Shown here piece by piece: positions 8,795 to 16,665 of a stretch of 37,628 bases of DNA (the first letter of the stretch is position 1; each line of letters begins with the position of its first letter). The stretch covers positions 1-37,628 of IMG/VR virus record IMGVR_UViG_3300020045_013066, one strand, 5' to 3'. Made by a program: the position numbers and the translations under genes. This DNA comes from a virus. Its lineage: Duplodnaviria; Caudoviricetes. Under the pieces are notes generated by a model that worked only from the letters and a program-made list of their open reading frames with translations, was not told the DNA's origin and did not search any database.

Positions 8795-9202
8795 TTAAAA
8801 TGTTTTGGCACACATGGACAATAGATCCACTTCCCTTACAACCATCTTCGGAAAATTGTTTTCCCGGACACGCCTTGTTATTTCGTCGTATTCAGCACGG
8901 AAACCGCTGTAAATTTCGTAACGGTTGCGCACCTTCTTAATCGAATTAATGTGCGTGGCGTGTAAGTAAAAGTGTCCGGTGTAGTCGTTTATAAAACTGC
9001 TGATCTTCGGGAATGAAATATCGGATAACAGTCGGTGGGATATTTCTACAAACAACTGGCGAAGCTGCACCCGTTCCAATTCCCGCCCATGTCTGAAAAT
9101 GTACGACGGTGTAACGTCGTAAAATTCGCAGATAATTTCTAAAATATCCTTCATCGCTTCAGATTTTTTAATGGTGGTTGTTTTTCCATTTTTCGTAATC
9201 AC
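8795..9202 (-). CDS. DnaA C-terminal-like HTH DNA-binding protein (start may be 9153)
   Basis: ILEIICEFYDVT...GRELERVQLRQ...SFPKIS...HATHINSIKKV resembles DnaA domain IV. Confidence 0.65.
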   Translation of the reverse strand: MITKNGKTTTIKKSEAMKDILEIICEFYDVTPSYIFRHGRELERVQLRQLFVEISHRLLSDISFPKISSFINDYTGHFYLHATHINSIKKVRNRYEIYSGFRAEYDEITRRVRENNFPKMVVREVDLLSMCAKTF

Positions 9203-9431
9203 TTTCGGTTAGAACCTCAACTGTTAACAATAGTTCCCACTGTTTTTTAATGTCCAGAAGTTCCCGTGGGACAAATGTACCGCGTAACGCCCACCACGGT
9301 AATACCCGCTTTGTTTTGAATTGAATCATACCGTTTTTTAAGTTTCTGCGGGCGAAAACAATGTAATCGGTAGTACTGGCCCAGGTATGAATCGCTAAAG
9401 GAATCCACTTTGTATATTTTCTTTTGAACAT
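9168..9431 (-). CDS. Hypothetical protein
   Basis: ORF track; operon packing. Confidence 0.5.
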   Translation of the reverse strand: MFKRKYTKWIPLAIHTWASTTDYIVFARRNLKNGMIQFKTKRVLPWWALRGTFVPRELLDIKKQWELLLTVEVLTESDYEKWKNNHH

Positions 9432-9436
9432 TGCCT

Positions 9437-9763
9437 TTAATTTAACATAATTGATCGGTTGTCGATGTTTTTCTGTAAATCCCGAAACAATTCCACCACG
9501 GTAATTTTGTAATTTTCCATAATGGCTTCTGCGGTGTGTTTTCCATTACCGGCAGTGTTGTTATACAGTTCCAGTTCAAACGCAGCAATAATTCTGTTTT
9601 GCATTTCGAATGGCAAATGGTGAAACTTTACCGCTTCGCCGAATAACTCGTTCCAGTTGTTGGCGGTTTTGTATCTGTCTATCCAATCGCAGAAGTAAGC
9701 TACTGCGGTAGGACATTGGGAATGTAATTCGTTCCAGAAGTTTTCTTTATTTAAATTTTCCAT
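9437..9763 (-). CDS. Hypothetical protein
   Basis: ORF track (ATG at 9763). Confidence 0.6.
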   Translation of the reverse strand: MENLNKENFWNELHSQCPTAVAYFCDWIDRYKTANNWNELFGEAVKFHHLPFEMQNRIIAAFELELYNNTAGNGKHTAEAIMENYKITVVELFRDLQKNIDNRSIMLN

Positions 9764-9766
9764 CAA

Positions 9767-9922
9767 TTAATAATTTAATAAATCGTCGGCGATTTCATTG
9801 GTTTGAACATCAAAAATAATATTCGTTTCCCCGTGGTTTGCGATTTCCAAAATAGCACGTTCTACTTTGTGCGCCTGTTCGTCAGTTAACGCCGCAATAA
9901 ACATTTCAAGTCTTTTTTTCAT
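9767..9922 (-). CDS. Small hypothetical protein, 51 aa
   Basis: Translated by hand: MKKRLEMFIAALTDEQAHKVERAILEIANHGETNIIFDVQTNEIADDLLNY*; fills the gap exactly. Confidence 0.6.
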   Translation of the reverse strand: MKKRLEMFIAALTDEQAHKVERAILEIANHGETNIIFDVQTNEIADDLLNY

Positions 9923-9927
9923 AATTT

Positions 9928-10995
9928 CTATTTTCTAAACGACTTCCCACGGAAATCGATAATGTTAAACATCTGGTAAGCGCGGTCGTAAATGTGACCG
10001 CCGTAGCGTACACCCATCTGCGCCAGTGCCGCTTTTAAATCGCCCTGCTTCCCATCGGGATAGTTAAGCGTTGCGTGCGTCTGCGATTTGGCGTCGTAGC
10101 GGTTTTCGAGCACCACGCGCAGGATTTCTTTGCGGCCGTAGTTGGACGCCAGGTCTTCTTTTGTCAAATCGTCGAAGCAGTAGCGGTAAACGCGGTATTT
10201 GTTGAAGAATTCGGACTTCTGGTGCGGTTCTTCCAATCCGTCGAACGTTACTACCATGTTATGACAGTAAGCCATAGAGAAACGCCTGTTTAACCATTCT
10301 GCGGTATTGTCCCACTTCTTTTCCATTCCGACTTTGGCGTTATGGTCCAGTATCATAGAAAAGCATTTCATCATAGTACTTTTACCGTTGCCGTAGCTGC
10401 CGATAAGAAGCAGACCTTTTCCGAAGTCCGGGTGGAGCTCAACGCCCTGGATATTCTTAACCAGATGTTCGCATTCGAAGAACGTTTCGTCGCGGGTGAA
10501 GTATTTAATAATACATTCCAGGTTCTTAACGTTGTCGGTGGTGCGTATGAACTTGCGCCCGGTTTCGATCTGGAATGCGGTTAAAAATGCGCTCCAAAGG
10601 TTCGATTTGTCAAGTGGCACACCCTGTATAAACTGCGGTTTCTCTTTTTCCTTTGCGAAATATTCGGAATTCTTTTCCGAGATTTCCAATTCCTTTGCCA
10701 AAAGAAGTTTTTCGTATTCTTCGATTTGGTTGTCTTCTTCGACTGTAAGGAACTGCGGCTTCGCTTCCGGGTGCATATCGTTAAACCGTTGGCACGTCTG
10801 GCGCTTTTCCAAAAGTGCCGCATATTTGTTCCAACCGATTACCGAAGGATTAAGCGTCTTTTCTTTGTTGACGATGAAATTCAAATCTTCGGGCTTCAGG
10901 TTGTATTTTTCCTTCAGCGCTTCGGGTGTGGTTTCCAGGTATTCCTGCGGGCCAACCTCAACGGCTTTTTTATTTTTACTATTACCTGTTTTCAT
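9928..10995 (-). CDS. DnaC/IstB-like P-loop ATPase (helicase loader)
   Basis: Walker A GSYGNGKST, Walker B CFDDL, C-terminal DRAYQMFNIIDFRGKSFRK; directly after the initiator. Confidence 0.8.
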   Translation of the reverse strand: MKTGNSKNKKAVEVGPQEYLETTPEALKEKYNLKPEDLNFIVNKEKTLNPSVIGWNKYAALLEKRQTCQRFNDMHPEAKPQFLTVEEDNQIEEYEKLLLAKELEISEKNSEYFAKEKEKPQFIQGVPLDKSNLWSAFLTAFQIETGRKFIRTTDNVKNLECIIKYFTRDETFFECEHLVKNIQGVELHPDFGKGLLLIGSYGNGKSTMMKCFSMILDHNAKVGMEKKWDNTAEWLNRRFSMAYCHNMVVTFDGLEEPHQKSEFFNKYRVYRYCFDDLTKEDLASNYGRKEILRVVLENRYDAKSQTHATLNYPDGKQGDLKAALAQMGVRYGGHIYDRAYQMFNIIDFRGKSFRK

Positions 10996-11740
10996 CGAAT
11001 CCGGGATTATTGGCGTTTGGTTTTTTGGTTTTGGCGATTTCCCCTGGCAACCATCGCGAAAAATGCGCGGCGAAATCCTGCTTATTTATTTTTTCGTCCA
11101 GTTCCGAAATTAACTTTTTGTTGAAAACTTCGATCCACGCCGGAACATCTTCCGGAAGTATTTTGCTTTGCATTGCGACCGTTTCGATCCACTGTGGACT
11201 TTCCAACAATTCCAAAGTAAAAATTTGATTTTTAGAAACTTTTTTTTGGTCGTAATTTTCTTTTCTTTTCTCTACTATACTATCCTTTACTATACTTTGT
11301 GTATTATCGACACCGTTAAGGCTTCCGTTACTTAGTTTCCGTACCCCTAAACTATCTAAAAGAATAAGTAAACCCGCAAAATCGATACATTCGTTTTTTC
11401 GTTTTTTGTACGCATCGGAAATACTGTCGATGAAATCCTGGCACCAGAGCACCTTATTTTCTTCCCATAACAGCCGGTGGAATTTCCCCAAATCGACCAA
11501 ATCACGGATAATATTTTCCAGTGTTTCGACCGGGATCTTACACTTCGCAGATACATACATCATTGTACTGGGTTTCGATAGATTCAGGTAATGAAAATCG
11601 CTTTTCGCCAGTTCCCGAAGAAGTTTAACGAAAGTGGCGAAACCGTCGTTACCGTATGTCTGTTCGATGTAGAACATTTTGTTCCCTTCTTCGCATATAA
11701 AGGGAAAATAGTCCACATTGTTTCTTTCTGGTCTTGCCAT
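10982..11740 (-). CDS. Replication initiator, DUF4373/Lin1244-like
   Basis: MARP..NNVDYFPF...IEQTYGNDGFATFVKLL N-terminus; C-terminal HFSRW domain. Confidence 0.75.
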   Translation of the reverse strand: MARPERNNVDYFPFICEEGNKMFYIEQTYGNDGFATFVKLLRELAKSDFHYLNLSKPSTMMYVSAKCKIPVETLENIIRDLVDLGKFHRLLWEENKVLWCQDFIDSISDAYKKRKNECIDFAGLLILLDSLGVRKLSNGSLNGVDNTQSIVKDSIVEKRKENYDQKKVSKNQIFTLELLESPQWIETVAMQSKILPEDVPAWIEVFNKKLISELDEKINKQDFAAHFSRWLPGEIAKTKKPNANNPGFDENR

Positions 11741-11773
11741 TGGTTAGGGTAGGGATATTGTTGTTTTGGCTCA

Positions 11774-12046
11774 TTATTCGTAATTGTATCGGTATTTTTT
11801 AGGGAATCCCTTATGTCGGTTTCGGTTGCTTTTGGATTCGCCGCGGTAACTTTCAAATTCTTCTATTGCTAACTGCAGTATTTCGCTAAAAGTGCCTATA
11901 AAACGGGTTCTGGACAGAACTATATAGATTTGCCATTCACCCGTCGATAACAAGGAAATTCTAAATTCAGTATTATAAGTTTCCGACGCAATAGATTCCA
12001 ATTTTGCTAACAATTCTGTTGGCGGAAGCGATTTATTTTGATTCAC
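11774..12046 (-). CDS. Hypothetical protein (start uncertain; GTG at 12046 likely)
   Basis: ORF track 11774..12118 overlaps the upstream gene; fills the gap. Confidence 0.45.
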   Translation of the reverse strand: MNQNKSLPPTELLAKLESIASETYNTEFRISLLSTGEWQIYIVLSRTRFIGTFSEILQLAIEEFESYRGESKSNRNRHKGFPKKYRYNYE

Positions 12047-13088
12047 TATTGAAATAAACCAGATAGTAATACATTTGTTTTTCTTCGTCCCATCCTTTTT
12101 CGACGAAGCGTTCGGCACTTTCCGGATTAATGAAATCCAAAGTAATGCTTATGTTCGTGTCCAGTTTTATGGTCTTATTAAAACCTTTTATGGAATCCTT
12201 CACACCGGAAGGCGATATCTGGAAAGTGGTAACGTCTTCGATGGACCACTTCGGCCCGTTGTCGGATTTGTAAACGTTGAATTCGGGAAGTAAGTCCGGA
12301 TTGTCCAAAACTTCGGCAAGGAATGCGGATTCTTCGAACTGGTCGTTTTTTTGGAAGAAGTTTACCGAACGGTTAAGAAACATTACTTCTTCCTTTTTGT
12401 CTTCTGCAGGCAGTAGGACGTCCTTTGCGAAGCCCTGGACGAACTTTAAATACTTTTTTGTGTGGAAGTGTTCGTCGTGGCAGATATCGACGTACAGGAA
12501 GTGTTCTATCCAGTAACGGGAATCGTAACGGTTCTGGTCCACGCACAGGATCTTATAGCCTTCTTCTTTGTTCATATTGAAGATAAGGCACCCTTTGTCC
12601 AGTTTATCCAGTGAAATACCCGATTTTAAGTAAATCTGCAGATTATCTTCCGATTGCTGCGCTTCCAAAAAGTCGGACATTACTTCGGCTTTGAAAATAC
12701 CGATAGCATCTACCACCGCACTGTCTACGGTAATATTTTTTAGGTAAGCCACGAAAACTTCACCAGATTTTATATGCGGGTGGTTCGACTGCTCCCACAT
12801 GTGGGAGGTAATAAGTTTCGAATTATAGTGCAGTGTTGACGGATCCGAAAAGATTCTTTCTGCGATCTCAAACATCTGGTTATATTCCAGATGTACTTCG
12901 TGCGCAAATTGGAAGTAACTTTCTTCTTTTTCACGGAACGGCTTAAAGAAGAATTCCTTTAAAAGTGGTGAAAGTTCGTTATCCGGGGAAAACTGGGTTT
13001 CCGAAAGGAAAACTTTTTCGTTTCTGGACTTGTTGCCGGTACGGTGTAGCGACAGGGCGTCTATTTCTGCGTTATACAGGTTTAACAT
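12033..13088 (-). CDS. Nucleoid-associated protein, NdpA/YejK (NA37) family, Flavobacterium-type
   Basis: LHRTGNKSRNE, QSNHPHIKSGE, AIGIFK.E, LDKGCLIFN, YW..FL, IKLDTN motifs. Confidence 0.85.
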   Translation of the reverse strand: MLNLYNAEIDALSLHRTGNKSRNEKVFLSETQFSPDNELSPLLKEFFFKPFREKEESYFQFAHEVHLEYNQMFEIAERIFSDPSTLHYNSKLITSHMWEQSNHPHIKSGEVFVAYLKNITVDSAVVDAIGIFKAEVMSDFLEAQQSEDNLQIYLKSGISLDKLDKGCLIFNMNKEEGYKILCVDQNRYDSRYWIEHFLYVDICHDEHFHTKKYLKFVQGFAKDVLLPAEDKKEEVMFLNRSVNFFQKNDQFEESAFLAEVLDNPDLLPEFNVYKSDNGPKWSIEDVTTFQISPSGVKDSIKGFNKTIKLDTNISITLDFINPESAERFVEKGWDEEKQMYYYLVYFNSESK

Positions 13089-13135
13089 AATGGAAATGGT
13101 TTTTGATTAAAATAATGGGTTTGGTGTCATTTGAT

Positions 13136-13369
13136 TTACGGCTTCGATTTCTTCCCGCGCTTTTCCTTCAGCATAGCGGCTAAAGTTGTTCTTAACGCCG
13201 CCAAAGTTTCAAGGCTTTGCGGTTCTGACTTCTTCCAGTTCTGGATCGTGCTTACTGGCTTCTTCGCTTCACGAAACAAATCGTAAATATTGATTCCGTT
13301 GTCTTCGCATATCTTTTCGAGGGTGTCGATTGTTTTTTCGCCAGGCGTTGGCATTTCTTGTAAAGGCAT
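13136..13369 (-). CDS. Cro/CI-like XRE HTH regulator
   Basis: LEKICEDNGINIYDLFREAKKPVSTIQNWKK..P; first gene of a divergent unit; track start 13405 lies inside the promoter. Confidence 0.7.
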   Translation of the reverse strand: MPLQEMPTPGEKTIDTLEKICEDNGINIYDLFREAKKPVSTIQNWKKSEPQSLETLAALRTTLAAMLKEKRGKKSKP

Positions 13370-13392
13370 ATACTTTCGTTTTAATGACACTG

Positions 13393-13400
13393 CAAACATA
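13393..13400 (-). promoter_or_regulatory. Leftward early promoter -7 element TATGTTTG
   Basis: Exact TAnnTTTG in the divergent intergenic region. Confidence 0.7.
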
Positions 13401-13446
13401 AACATTATTTTTAAACATTATATTTTTTTGTTTGATTTTTTTTATT

Positions 13447-13454
13447 TACGTTTG
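13447..13454 (+). promoter_or_regulatory. Rightward promoter -7 element TACGTTTG
   Basis: Exact TAnnTTTG 27 nt before ATG 13482, with TTTG runs upstream. Confidence 0.7.
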
Positions 13455-13481
13455 TCGGACTATTAATTTAAAAATATCATT

Positions 13482-14249
13482 ATGGAACAATCAATTAAAG
13501 ATTTTTGCAAAAGTCATAATATGACATCCGCCCAGTTTTCCGGCGAAGAAAAAATAGGCGGCTACTTGTACCTCGGAAGTTTGACTTCAATTCCCGAAGG
13601 TTTCAATCCGACCGTAGGCGGCTACTTGGACCTCGGAAGTTTGACTTCAATTCCCGAAGGTTTCAATCCGACCGTAGGCGGCTACTTGTACCTCGGAAGT
13701 TTGACTTCAATTCCCGAAGGTTTCAATCCGACCGTAGGCGGCTACTTGTACCTGCGCCACGGTTTAAAAGCCAATTCGCAGAAACCTACGGAAAAAATAA
13801 TCACACCAAAAAACAAACTTCTTTTTTGGCAGGACGGCAAATTCGTAAAAGCAGACGGAATGTTTACTGAAGTGGTAAACAAAAAAGGCGGTGTTTATAA
13901 GGTTCGAAAAGTACATTCTACTAAAGAATTCTATCTGGTTACAGATGGCACAACACACGCCCACGGCGAAACTATTCGCCAAGCCCGCGAAGATTTCGAA
14001 TTTAAGATCGTATCTGAAAAATTAAAGTCCGAACCAATCAAAGAAGACACCGTAATTACTGTAAAACATTATCGCTTAATTACCGGTGCTTGTGAACTGG
14101 GTGTTAAATCGTGGCTGCAGGAAACCTTTACAGATAAGGAACGCGCCGAAGTTTTAGAAAATGGAATCAAAGCTAAAGATTTGCTTCCGATTCTCATTAA
14201 AAAGAACGCATACGGAATCGATAGATTTAAAAAACTGGTAACTTTTTAA
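13482..14249 (+). CDS. LRR-like tandem-repeat phage protein
   Basis: Three-plus copies of GGYLYLGSLTSIPEGFNPTV; C-terminal HAHGET...YRLITGACELG domain. Confidence 0.8.
   Translation: MEQSIKDFCKSHNMTSAQFSGEEKIGGYLYLGSLTSIPEGFNPTVGGYLDLGSLTSIPEGFNPTVGGYLYLGSLTSIPEGFNPTVGGYLYLRHGLKANSQKPTEKIITPKNKLLFWQDGKFVKADGMFTEVVNKKGGVYKVRKVHSTKEFYLVTDGTTHAHGETIRQAREDFEFKIVSEKLKSEPIKEDTVITVKHYRLITGACELGVKSWLQETFTDKERAEVLENGIKAKDLLPILIKKNAYGIDRFKKLVTF
13555..13753 (+). repeat. 60-bp tandem repeat, about 3.3 copies
   Basis: Units identical except T>G at 13629 (Tyr>Asp). Confidence 0.97.
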
Positions 14250-14251
14250 AT

Positions 14252-14533
14252 ATGAACGTTCAACATAAGCCATTAGAAAAATCCTATCCGTATCTGTGTA
14301 CACTTACCTTCGGCGATAACCTCAACGACCACCAAATTAAAAACATCGAAAACAAAGATATTCTGGTAATGTCTTTGGTTACGGTAAGCGAAGACGACAG
14401 GGAAAATCCCGCAGATGAAAGTCCGAAGCCATACGTCAGTTATTTAACCGGTGGCAAAGTTGGCTACTTTACGAAAAAAGAAAGTGATTATTTTCGATTA
14501 CCTACTGGATTCGAAGTCAAGATAACGCAATAA
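14252..14533 (+). CDS. Hypothetical protein
   Basis: ORF track; operon packing. Confidence 0.6.
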   Translation: MNVQHKPLEKSYPYLCTLTFGDNLNDHQIKNIENKDILVMSLVTVSEDDRENPADESPKPYVSYLTGGKVGYFTKKESDYFRLPTGFEVKITQ

Positions 14534-14573
14534 TTAAAACCTCGCGATCCGTAGGAAATCGCTAATATTTATT

Positions 14574-14801
14574 ATGCCAGAAGATGAAAACAAAGAATTA
14601 ACGTTCGGTGAAAAAACAGTCCGTTCTAAATTCAATCCTGACAACGTCGGAAATGTAAATTTCTTTAAAGACGAAACCGCCAAAATCCTTAACGTCATAG
14701 ACGAAAATAGGGATTTAGATCCGCGCCTGGCTGCTTTGGCAGTTACGGCCTACGAAGAAGCCTGTATGTGGGCTGTAAAATTGGCAACTTCTAAACTTTA
14801 A
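14574..14801 (+). CDS. Acb2/Tad1-like helical hairpin protein (candidate immune-signal sponge)
   Basis: TFGEK.VR..FNP...K...A..LN.I...RLAALAVTAYEEACMWAVK resembles the R..A.A.T.L(E/Q).A.MW hairpin signature. Confidence 0.55.
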   Translation: MPEDENKELTFGEKTVRSKFNPDNVGNVNFFKDETAKILNVIDENRDLDPRLAALAVTAYEEACMWAVKLATSKL

Positions 14802-14804
14802 GCC

Positions 14805-15047
14805 ATGCCACAAAATATTAAAACCGGGAATAACGTGCAGTACTTCCCAAATGAAAAAAGAAGGAAAAAACTTTTCCCATTAGCAACGAAAACCCAGAAG
14901 GAATTCGCGGCCACCGTATGCGACACGAACGAAGTAAGCGTGGATTTGTCTATTTTGGCAGGCGATGGTAAAGTTACCGAAGTTAAAAACGTTCCGCACC
15001 TCGACGAAGCGGGCGAAGGTCGTTCCTACCGGGACTACATAAAATAA
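14805..15047 (+). CDS. Small beta-barrel (SH3-like) hypothetical phage protein
   Basis: G..VQY...AATV....VDLSI...NVPH pattern. Confidence 0.55.
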   Translation: MPQNIKTGNNVQYFPNEKRRKKLFPLATKTQKEFAATVCDTNEVSVDLSILAGDGKVTEVKNVPHLDEAGEGRSYRDYIK

Positions 15048-15094
15048 AATTCCAAAACGTGTGGTAATACGAAATTTATTTATATTTTTACCAC

Positions 15095-15151
15095 GAATGG
15101 TTTTGGTTTTTGATTAATAGTCGTTAAAGGCGGTCTTCGGATCGCCTTTTT
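15095..15151 (+). ncRNA. Candidate small RNA with a U-rich seed and its own terminator
   Basis: Promoter-like TATTTTTA (15083-15090), no ORF, UUCG terminator; seed matches phage TIRs. Confidence 0.45.
15126..15151 (+). terminator. Intrinsic terminator
   Basis: AAAGGCGGTC-TTCG-GATCGCCTTTTT. Confidence 0.85.
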
Positions 15152-15169
15152 CGGCTCTATACCATAACG

Positions 15170-15205
15170 AAAAAATCCCGCGCTATGCCAGTACGGGATT
15201 TTTTT
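15170..15205. terminator. Bidirectional intrinsic terminator at the convergence point
   Basis: AAAAAATCCCG...CGGGATTTTTTT. Confidence 0.8.
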
Positions 15206-15362
15206 AGTTTTATTCAGGATTTAAAGTCCTGGAATGGGTAATCGTGATCTGATCGGACGAATCCTTTGTTTTTTACTTCCAGTGAAGCCGAAGACCGTCT
15301 TTTTATAAACAACCTCAACGCATTGGAAATAGTAATCGTTTTCCGCGTGCAGTATCGCAGCT

Positions 15363-15494
15363 TTAGGGCGCGTTACCGGGATTAGGGTGCATTTCTGCGC
15401 CTGTGGTTGTCGGAATGTGTTTTTCAGCAAATGCCGTAGTCGTTGTAAGCGCTACCGTAAAGAGAAACGCAATACTTAAAAGTAATTTTTTCAT
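15363..15494 (-). CDS. 43-aa secreted peptide, or the N-terminal part of a frameshifted 90-aa protein ending at 15221
   Basis: Translated by hand: MKKLLLSIAFLFTVALTTTTAFA-EKHIPTTTGAEMHPNPGNAP*; SPI signal with AFA cleavage site. Confidence 0.65.
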   Translation of the reverse strand: MKKLLLSIAFLFTVALTTTTAFAEKHIPTTTGAEMHPNPGNAP

Positions 15495-15516
15495 TTTTAA
15501 AGTTTTAAATGTTAGT

Positions 15517-15524
15517 GCAATATA
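15517..15524 (-). promoter_or_regulatory. -7 variant TATATTGC upstream of the peptide gene
   Basis: Lies between the terminator and ATG 15494. Confidence 0.5.
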
Positions 15525-15526
15525 AT

Positions 15527-15556
15527 AAAAAAACCGCTGCAAAGGTACAGCGGTTT
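15527..15556 (-). terminator. Terminator at the end of the late/lysis unit
   Basis: Inverted repeat AAACCGCTG/CAGCGGTTT with a 7-nt U tract on the minus strand. Confidence 0.8.
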
Positions 15557-15594
15557 AAAAATCGTTCTATTCGACTGGCGGAACGATCCTGTTA

Positions 15595-16056
15595 TTATTT
15601 AGATTTGGGCGCAAATAAATATACAGTTTTAATTCCATTATATCCAAGTTCTTCAGAAGCCGGATATTTTTCCAGATTTTGATAGTTTGGATTCGGATCG
15701 AAAACAATTTCATAATTTTTATTTATCAAAACAGCATGCGTTATCTGGTGGCCGGTCGGACCGTTTTCTTCTTTGTAGTATTTTGGTGAGAAAACAGAAG
15801 CATAAAAAAGACCATTAATTCCAGTGAAGTTTTTTAAATCTGCTATCGTGGAATAATCCGATCCTGGGTAATTATATAAACTGCATTCGAAATCGAAACC
15901 GTTTGCCATAATAAAATTAATCATTTCGGAATTTGGACTTTCAAACTTTAAGAAATGCGGGACTTCTTCGTAACTTAATCCTAAAAGAGTTGCGACCGCA
16001 CACCGCATGCAGTCGCCATCGCCCGCGTTTATGTTTTGTTGGTAGACTTTATTCAT
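15595..16056 (-). CDS. Papain-fold, peptidase C39-like protein
   Basis: YQQ...GDCMRCAVATLLG...THAV...FDPNP gives a Q/C/H/D arrangement. Confidence 0.55.
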   Translation of the reverse strand: MNKVYQQNINAGDGDCMRCAVATLLGLSYEEVPHFLKFESPNSEMINFIMANGFDFECSLYNYPGSDYSTIADLKNFTGINGLFYASVFSPKYYKEENGPTGHQITHAVLINKNYEIVFDPNPNYQNLEKYPASEELGYNGIKTVYLFAPKSK

Positions 16057-16664
16057 TATGCGGAATGACGAAGAAACGATTTATATAATTTAATGCTGTA
16101 ACGTACGGTTCCGTTTGCGATAGCGAAATCCGCTGCGCCCCAACCGTTGTAAAGACCTTCGATAGTTTCGAAGTTCTTCGATGTTAATAAGTTCTTCTTT
16201 TTTGACATTACCAGTTTTACGGCCGCCAGAAGTTTTTTATCCGTAGTGATGAAACGAACAAGGCATTCCAGTTGGTTTTTTTCCGAAGCTGCGAAAAAGT
16301 CCCACATCGCCTTTACCGATTTAAAGCCTAATCGCTTCCAATGGAAACCCATAATTTGCGGACCGCCTATCGAAGTTGCTTCCATTGCGGTTTCCTTATC
16401 GATACCTGCGGCCGAATTGAACGCAGCCCATTCCTTTGTCTGAACCTCAACTTTATTAACAATCCATAGACTACCCGGTGGCGAATTTTTCCAGTCGTGG
16501 AAAAGGCGCTTAAACCATACCGGTTCGAATTGGATAAGAAGACGACCATCGGATCCGAAACCATAGCCGGACGATTCCACTTCCCAGAACATTTTTAGGA
16601 TAGCGTAAGACAGTCCATATTTTTTGGCGATTTCTACAACCTCAACGTTTTTTAGTTTTTCCAT
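16056..16664 (-). CDS. Endolysin, N-acetylmuramidase DUF3380 family
   Basis: EVESSG.GF...I.FEP.WF, TSIGGPQIMGFHW..LG, YNG motifs. Confidence 0.9.
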   Translation of the reverse strand: MEKLKNVEVVEIAKKYGLSYAILKMFWEVESSGYGFGSDGRLLIQFEPVWFKRLFHDWKNSPPGSLWIVNKVEVQTKEWAAFNSAAGIDKETAMEATSIGGPQIMGFHWKRLGFKSVKAMWDFFAASEKNQLECLVRFITTDKKLLAAVKLVMSKKKNLLTSKNFETIEGLYNGWGAADFAIANGTVRYSIKLYKSFLRHSA

Positions 16665-16665
16665 C

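Noticed and set aside
13555-13753. Regular repeats as a CRISPR array
   Set aside because: Units are contiguous 60-bp in-frame coding repeats with no unique spacers and no cas genes
14546-14564. Small hairpin GCGAT-CCGTAGGAA-ATCGC before the Acb2-like gene
   Set aside because: Only a 5-bp stem with no U tract; compatible with chance
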